Origin: an uncultured Acidobacteriota bacterium | GTDB taxonomy: Bacteria; Acidobacteriota; Terriglobia; UBA7540 | Assembly (NCBI GenBank): GCA_963768695.1 | Contig: CAVYJG010000022.1 | Location: 255,301 to 319,300, forward strand | Reading direction: 5' to 3' | DNA: 64,000 nt | Part shown: positions 58,821 through 64,000 of the stretch, in pieces | Numbering within the stretch: the stretch's first letter is position 1 | How the letters are laid out: each line of letters starts with the position of its first letter | Position numbers and translations under genes: made by a program | The notes under the pieces: model-generated | Told to the model about the DNA's origin: nothing | The model's input: the letters and a program-made list of their open reading frames with translations, nothing else | Database searches by the model: none

Positions 58821-60590
58821 TCACGGAGTTTCACGGGTTGTCCGTGAAATGCGCAGTTTGCTCATACGGTCGCGTAGGGTATTTGGGTGGAGTTTGAGGA
58901 CTTCGGCGGCGCCTTTGGGGCCACTAATCTTCCACCTGGTCTGTTCCAATACGGAGAGAATGTGCCGCCGTTCGACGTCCTCAAGCGAAGGTGCGCCGGA
59001 GGGCGGACTTTCATGGGCGGCCGCCGGGATTGCATCGCCCACGTTCGCGGCACGATTGGCGGAGACGCCAGGCACCCGGTCATTTTGGAATATTTCAGAA
59101 GGAAGGAGATCCTGCTCCAACATCAACGCGGAATTCGGTGAAAGCACGACGCCTCGCTCAATGACGTTCTTGAGCTCCCGGATGTTTCCCGGCCAGGGGT
59201 AGGATACCAGCCGGTCCATCGTATCCGGTGGGACGCCATTGATCTTCTTTCCCATCTTTTTCGCGTAGTGAATAAGAAAGAACATCAGGATCTGGGGAAT
59301 ATCCGATTGCCTTTCGCGTAGCGGTGGAACGTGGAGCGGCAGCACATTGAGGCGATAGAACAGATCGGAGCGGAACAATCCCTCCCGCACCATTTCCGCG
59401 AGGTTGCGATTGCTGGCGGCAATGATTCGCACATCGACGTGAGCAGTGCGGCTGCTTCCCACGGGTTCAAATTCCTGCTCCTGAAGAACTCGCAGCAGCT
59501 TCACCTGGGTGTCAAGCGGCAGCTCACCCACCTCGTCAAGGAAGAGCGTGCCCCCATCGGCCAGCTCGAATCGGCCCGTGCGGTCGGTGGTGGCGCCGGT
59601 AAAGGCCCCTTTGACATGCCCGAAAAGTTCGCTTTCCACCAAGCCGGCGGGAATCGCACCGCAGTTGACCTTTACCAGCGGCCGGTCTTTGCGCATACTG
59701 CGGCTGTGAACAGCCCGCGCAATAAGTTCCTTGCCGGTGCCGGTCTCACCGGTAATCAGCACGTTTGAATCGGTAGGTGCAACTTGCTCAACCACTTGTA
59801 ACAGCCTCATCAGGCCGGGACTGTCCCCGACGATTTCGTCCGGGTTGTTCTCTTTCCGGATCTCCTCCTCCAGGTACTGCTTCTCTGCCGCCAGCCGTAC
59901 CTGGGATTTGGTGACATGCCTGTAATTCAATGCATTGTCAACGGCAATGGAGATCTGGCTCGCAATCTGTTTAAGGAAATCAATATCTTCCTGGCCGAAG
60001 GGGCGCTCCGCCCGCCAGGCAAGGTGGAGGACGCCCAATGCCTGATCTCTTAGAATCAATGGGAGAAAGCAACTGGCACTGAACCCATCGGCAGTCACGA
60101 ACTGAAAGTAGGCCCCAGCGGCAGCGCCAGAGTGGACGTCAGGTTCCCTGCCCCCTCGTCCTGCAGTACCCATCACCACCGGTTTCGCGGTGCGGAAAGC
60201 CTGTCCGGGTGATGACTCGTGAACAGGAATGAGCATGCCTTCGTGAATTGAGCCTTTCGAACCAAAAAGCTCAAGGACATCGAGGCGGAGTTGATCTCCC
60301 TTGCCCTCCGGGATTGCCAGCCCGGCTAGCTCACACCCCATGGTGCCCCTGAGCTCTTCCAAAAGAGTCCGGAAAAGTTGCCGGAGATCGAGGTTTGAGG
60401 CGATCCGGTTGTTTAGATCCAATAACAACCGCAGCCGGTCACGCTCATGCCGAAGATCCCGTTCAAACCTCTTGCGCTCGGTAAGGTCGCGAACTATTTT
60501 GGCGAAACCTACAGCCTCCCTTCGCTTTCGCGTATCGATGTCGTGACGACTTCCGCCCAGAACCGCTCCCCATCCTTGCGGACGCGCCAA
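58821..60590 (-). CDS. GAF-domain sigma-54-dependent activator (distal part of an ancestrally longer gene)
   Basis: GAF (..LAGLAIPEG..), then [45 protein letters not shown] and the C-terminal [22 protein letters not shown]. The first 25 or so codons are out-of-frame PAS sequence (see findings). Confidence 0.8.
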   Translation of the reverse strand: MARPQGWGAVLGGSRHDIDTRKRREAVGFAKIVRDLTERKRFERDLRHERDRLRLLLDLNNRIASNLDLRQLFRTLLEELRGTMGCELAGLAIPEGKGDQLRLDVLELFGSKGSIHEGMLIPVHESSPGQAFRTAKPVVMGTAGRGGREPDVHSGAAAGAYFQFVTADGFSASCFLPLILRDQALGVLHLAWRAERPFGQEDIDFLKQIASQISIAVDNALNYRHVTKSQVRLAAEKQYLEEEIRKENNPDEIVGDSPGLMRLLQVVEQVAPTDSNVLITGETGTGKELIARAVHSRSMRKDRPLVKVNCGAIPAGLVESELFGHVKGAFTGATTDRTGRFELADGGTLFLDEVGELPLDTQVKLLRVLQEQEFEPVGSSRTAHVDVRIIAASNRNLAEMVREGLFRSDLFYRLNVLPLHVPPLRERQSDIPQILMFFLIHYAKKMGKKINGVPPDTMDRLVSYPWPGNIRELKNVIERGVVLSPNSALMLEQDLLPSEIFQNDRVPGVSANRAANVGDAIPAAAHESPPSGAPSLEDVERRHILSVLEQTRWKISGPKGAAEVLKLHPNTLRDRMSKLRISRTTRETP

Positions 60591-60593
60591 CCC

Positions 60594-62348
60594 TCAACGG
60601 TAGTGCGCTCCGATGCCTCCGCCTCTTTCAGCTCCTTCTGGGGTTTGCCCGTTCTCCCTGTCACCCGTTTCGTAGAATCGTGCGAAATGCTGGCCAAGAA
60701 TTTCGTCGGCGCAGTAACCACTCACTCGCTCGGCCCCTTCATTCCACGTAACCACCCGCCCTTCCGGGTCGAGCATAAAGATGGCATAGTCCTGCACCCC
60801 TTCCACCAGCAAACGAAACCGCTCCTCGCTCTTGCGCAAGGTTTCTTCCGCCCGCTTCCTTTCAACGCCTTGGGCTACGGAATCCGCCGCCGCGGCGAGG
60901 GCATCGAGAACCGAATCGGCAAGTGGCGTCCGGGAGAAAACCGCCATCACTCCCACCACCCGATCATCAACGACCAGGGGATAGCCGGCAAAAGCCACCA
61001 TTCCTTCCTTCCTGGCCCATGCCTTGTCATCGATTCCAGGATCTTCCACGACGGCGTTTGTAAGGTAAGCCCTCTTTTTTTCCGCAATCATGCCGATTTT
61101 GAGCCGACCGATCGGGATGCGACCATGGGGACCGCCGCGATGCGTATACATGCCGGCGCTGGCCTGCAGCTCCAGGATTCCTGCGCCTTCGGTACAAGTC
61201 CAGATCCGGGCGAAGGCAACGTTCAGATGTTGCACCAACGCCTCCGTGCATCGCTGGAGAATTCCTTGCAGCTCTCCCTCAGCCGTTAGAGCATGGTTGA
61301 CGTCGGCGCGAATCGCCGCCAGCCTCGCACGCGCCTTGCGCAGTTCCTCCGCCTGCTTCCGTTCGGTGATATCGCGGATGAATCCGGTAAAGAGGCTCCG
61401 GCTGTTACTCGCGACCTCGCCAAAGGAGATCTCCACAGGGAATTCCTCGCCACTCTTGCGCACCGCGGTTAACTCCACTCCCTGCCAGTCAAGGTGTCGC
61501 TTCCCGGTCCTCAGATAACGCTGGAAGCCCACCCGGTGGAACTCGCGCAAATAGTCCGGCATCAGAATCGTCAGGGAGTGCCCAATCAGCTCTGCAGCCG
61601 AGTAACCGAAGATTCGCGTCATCGCCGGGTTGAGGTAGAGGATTTGACCCGTTTCATCGATGGTGACCACCGCGTCGGTGGCGGTGTCCACAACGTTCCG
61701 AAACTGCTCTTCGCTGTGGCGGCGGGCCGCTTCCGCCCGTTCGCGTTCGGTGATCTCCTTCCTCAGCTCCTCGTTCGCCGCGGAAAGTTCCCGGGTCCTT
61801 TGCTCAACCTTTTGATCGAGTTCCTTTGCCACCCGTCTCTGCTCGCTCAGGAGTCGCGCTTCTTGCAACCCGACTGCCGCCTGACTCGCCGCCACGCTCA
61901 GAACCAGTCTCTCGGTCTGCCTCGGGAAATCCGCTCGCGGCGATGCTGCTACGATCATGCCGATTTCACCTTGTAGCCCCAGTCGCATGGGAACAATCGA
62001 AAGGTCGCCCGCTCCAAGAGGACTCCGCACTCGCGGAGGCCATATCTGCGGGTCAGCTCCCCACCAGGGATTGAGTACTTCACCGATCTCGTGCGGCCGG
62101 GGAATCGGTTCTCGCTGTCCAGCAACTCGGACTATCTCGATAGGCGGCTCGCCGTTGGGGTCCTTCAAGCGGACGTAGACGAGATCCAGGGGGAGAATAT
62201 TGAGGAGGACGTCGAGCAAGGTACCAACAATCTGGGATGGCTCGCCGCCAGTCCAGGTGGCAGGAAGCGTGATGACGCTGACGAGATCATTGATGCAGCG
62301 CTGAAGGCGCTTGATCTCCTCGGCGGGTTGTGCGGGTTGTACTTCCAT
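60594..62348 (-). CDS. GAF/PAS/GAF/PAS sensor segment (proximal part of the same ancestral sigma-54 activator gene)
   Basis: Start set at MEVQPAQPAEEIKRLQRCINDL, 1 nt after the MEDS gene stop. PAS: FRNVVDTATDAVVTIDETGQILYLNPAM..; GAF: ..AFARIWTC..LELQASAG..; second PAS: RFRLLVEGVQDYAIFMLDPEGRVVTWNEGAERVSGY, which ends prematurely. Confidence 0.75.
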   Translation of the reverse strand: MEVQPAQPAEEIKRLQRCINDLVSVITLPATWTGGEPSQIVGTLLDVLLNILPLDLVYVRLKDPNGEPPIEIVRVAGQREPIPRPHEIGEVLNPWWGADPQIWPPRVRSPLGAGDLSIVPMRLGLQGEIGMIVAASPRADFPRQTERLVLSVAASQAAVGLQEARLLSEQRRVAKELDQKVEQRTRELSAANEELRKEITERERAEAARRHSEEQFRNVVDTATDAVVTIDETGQILYLNPAMTRIFGYSAAELIGHSLTILMPDYLREFHRVGFQRYLRTGKRHLDWQGVELTAVRKSGEEFPVEISFGEVASNSRSLFTGFIRDITERKQAEELRKARARLAAIRADVNHALTAEGELQGILQRCTEALVQHLNVAFARIWTCTEGAGILELQASAGMYTHRGGPHGRIPIGRLKIGMIAEKKRAYLTNAVVEDPGIDDKAWARKEGMVAFAGYPLVVDDRVVGVMAVFSRTPLADSVLDALAAAADSVAQGVERKRAEETLRKSEERFRLLVEGVQDYAIFMLDPEGRVVTWNEGAERVSGYCADEILGQHFARFYETGDRENGQTPEGAERGGGIGAHYR

Positions 62349-62349
62349 G

Positions 62350-62997
62350 TTAAGCCGGCGTCGGGGATGCGATAGTTCGCCGGGCCCGCCGGGCGCGAAC
62401 CTCAGGCAGGAACTGTTCCGGCGGGACAAAGAACGGGTTTTCTTGAAGAATCCCGCCGATGATGACCAGGGGGTGCGTCCGCATGATGTCAATCACGGTG
62501 TCTCCCCCGAATTTCTTGAGATGGTACGTGCAGATCACCGCGTCGTCGTGGCGGCGCCACACATCGTTCACCCGCGACTCAAATTCAACGAGATTATCGA
62601 TGTGCGATCCACCTTCGGCCGCCCAATCCATGCGGCAGACAATACGGCTAAGAGGGAATCCTCCTGCGGTGTTGCCGCTGGCCGCCTGTTCGAAGACAGC
62701 GAGCATCCGGTCCTGATCAAAACGGCCGTCCCGGATATAGGTATCGGTGTTGGTGCGAAGCTCCAATTGGCCGCTCTGTTGGGCGGCCGCCGGGTCGATC
62801 CCTCCCGCGGTCAACCGCTGCACATGGTCGCGATGTTGATCGGGATTAACCACGTGAACCGCCTTATCGCCACGCTCGAATCCCTCCTTAATGAACGGAA
62901 GCAACACGCGATATTCTTCGTCGTCGCTATTGAAGAACGCGCAGATATGTCGAACTTCGCCGAGCTGGCGTCCGGCAAAGGATATCGCCCTCTTCAT
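62350..62997 (-). CDS. MEDS-domain protein
   Basis: VRHICAFFNSDDEEYRVLLPFIKEGFERGDKAVHVV...LSRIVCRMDW...VICTYHLKKF...THPLVIIGG matches the MEDS (DcmR-type sensory) domain pattern as I know it. Confidence 0.7.
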   Translation of the reverse strand: MKRAISFAGRQLGEVRHICAFFNSDDEEYRVLLPFIKEGFERGDKAVHVVNPDQHRDHVQRLTAGGIDPAAAQQSGQLELRTNTDTYIRDGRFDQDRMLAVFEQAASGNTAGGFPLSRIVCRMDWAAEGGSHIDNLVEFESRVNDVWRRHDDAVICTYHLKKFGGDTVIDIMRTHPLVIIGGILQENPFFVPPEQFLPEVRARRARRTIASPTPA

Positions 62998-63020
62998 GAT
63001 GTAGCCCTCCCTCGGTTTTG

Positions 63021-63037
63021 ATGCAAACCGGGTGCTA
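63021..63037 (-). promoter_or_regulatory. Sigma-54-like -24/-12 promoter candidate upstream of the MEDS gene
   Basis: The reverse strand reads TAGCAC-ccggt-TTGCAT, against the consensus TGGCAC-N5-TTGCW. Spacing is correct, but the first G of the conserved GG is A. It sits about 25 nt upstream of the ATG at 62997. Confidence 0.3.
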
Positions 63038-63392
63038 TTCTGTTGCTGATAAGCTGCCGCCCTTGGTTTCTGACGAAAATCAAATTATCGAAATTACATT
63101 GTAGTACATAAAAATAATCAGACGGCAGTAAGTTGAATCGGGCCACCGCCGAGCTTTCAGACTCTTTTCCATCATGGTGCGTTTTTGGCGAATGGACATC
63201 GTAAACCTCCGCCACAGGGATCGGGGGGGCTGGGGGGCTGCGGGCTAGGGACGGGAAGACCGGATCCAAAATCCTTGATCTTCCATCCTTGGTTGATCCT
63301 TGATTCGTATGGTGTACGCTGACCCGATGGACGGGCCACGGCCGTGCTCCCAGCTAGACTGGCAGCTCTCACAATAGCCTACATAACCTCCA

Positions 63393-63899
63393 ATGGACAA
63401 GCAGGCCAGCATCCTCCTGGTGATCGAAGATCTGCGAGACCTCGTCGACTACCACGCCATTCTTCAAAAGCTGGGGTGCAAGGTGCGAGCTTGTTCGTCC
63501 TTCGCTGAGGGAGTGCGGCGCCTTGGCGGCGAGCCGTTTGACTTGATCATGGTGAACCAGGGCAGTGGTGGCTTCGAAGGGCAGAAGGTGCTCGCGGAGG
63601 CCATGGAAGTCGACGTGGAACTGCGGGTATTGGTGCTGGCGAGGTCTTACGACCAGGACTGCTATTTGGAAGCTATGCGGTCGGGTGCGTTGGATTATTT
63701 CGAGGGGCCGTTGAGCGCAGAGGACATCGTGGCGCTTCTGGATACATTTATTCCACGCCGGAGCGGAGGCCATGCAGCGTCGCTATACCGCTTCAAGCGT
63801 GCAAAGCCAAGCGAGGAACGCAAAATCAAGGTGATTCCAGTTAAGGTGCGCATCCCGCAAGAGTCCGGCGAACTAAAAACTCCATGGAAGATGGCTTAA
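63393..63899 (+). CDS. Pseudo-receiver (response-regulator-like protein lacking the phospho-acceptor Asp)
   Basis: ILLVIEDLRD...FDLIMVNQGSGGFEG...VLVLARS...GALDYFEGP. The phospho-acceptor D is N (MVNQ), the conserved T/S is A (LAR), and the conserved K is G (FEGP). Confidence 0.7.
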   Translation: MDKQASILLVIEDLRDLVDYHAILQKLGCKVRACSSFAEGVRRLGGEPFDLIMVNQGSGGFEGQKVLAEAMEVDVELRVLVLARSYDQDCYLEAMRSGALDYFEGPLSAEDIVALLDTFIPRRSGGHAASLYRFKRAKPSEERKIKVIPVKVRIPQESGELKTPWKMA

Positions 63900-64000
63900 T
63901 TGCAATCGTCCGGGGTGCAGGTTGATAGGGCTTGGAAAACGACCAGGTGCTCAAGGTGATCGTAGGCAATCCCACCATGATCAAAGCGTTCAAGGCCGGC

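Noticed and set aside
63898-64000. Open minus-strand frame entering from the right edge (..FDHGGIAYDHLEHLVVFQALSTCTPDDCN*).
   Set aside because: Only 34 codons are visible and they cannot be assigned.

Overview
High-GC chromosomal segment. Its gene content suggests a soil Acidobacteriota-type genome (inference only): giant FG-GAP/VCBS and SBBP surface proteins with choice-of-anchor-D-like Ig domains, several sigma-54 enhancer-binding proteins, many TPR proteins, GH92/GH78/GH38-like glycosidases and short GC-rich hairpin repeats. No rRNA, tRNA or CRISPR was seen.

Layout, left to right:
- 1-4.7 kb: exopolysaccharide genes (GT2, methyltransferase, priming sugar transferase, Wzz-like).
- 5-6.9 kb: tdk and an aldo/keto reductase.
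- 7-15.3 kb: a co-oriented string of ECF sigma, RskA-type anti-sigma, DUF4331, two TPR proteins and a periplasmic-domain::NicO transporter with an extreme His-rich loop.
- 16.4-19.1 kb: YciI-like, RibD_C-like and MFS genes.
- 19.2-31.9 kb: two tandem genes of about 1,885 codons for giant surface proteins. The second is split in frame by a complete IS630-family element with a TA duplication.
- 32-39.5 kb: SGNH hydrolase, a response regulator with a Zn-ribbon tail, an orphan membrane/coiled-coil protein in an AT-richer patch, a decayed 2Fe-2S subunit gene ahead of an intact molybdopterin oxidoreductase subunit, and gene remnants.
- 39.8-54.4 kb: GAF-fused alpha-glucan phosphorylase and a glycan-degradation cluster (GH-A clan, GH92, PLP decarboxylase, frameshifted GH78, GH38-like), with a structured tandem repeat ahead of GH92.
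- 54.6-57 kb: a decay zone (PhzF/SDR deletion fusion with a nonsense codon, truncated flavoprotein).
- 57-63.9 kb: a sigma-54 signalling cluster (MEDS, a long GAF/PAS/GAF sigma-54 activator broken by a compensating frameshift pair, STAS, a domain-less sigma-54 activator) and a divergent pseudo-receiver.

The best candidates for undescribed biology are the ECF/DUF4331/TPR/NicO string, the MEDS/STAS/sigma-54 cluster, and the shared C-terminal TM-hairpin plus lipobox module of the two giant proteins. All family calls come from motif recognition by eye; no database search was run.
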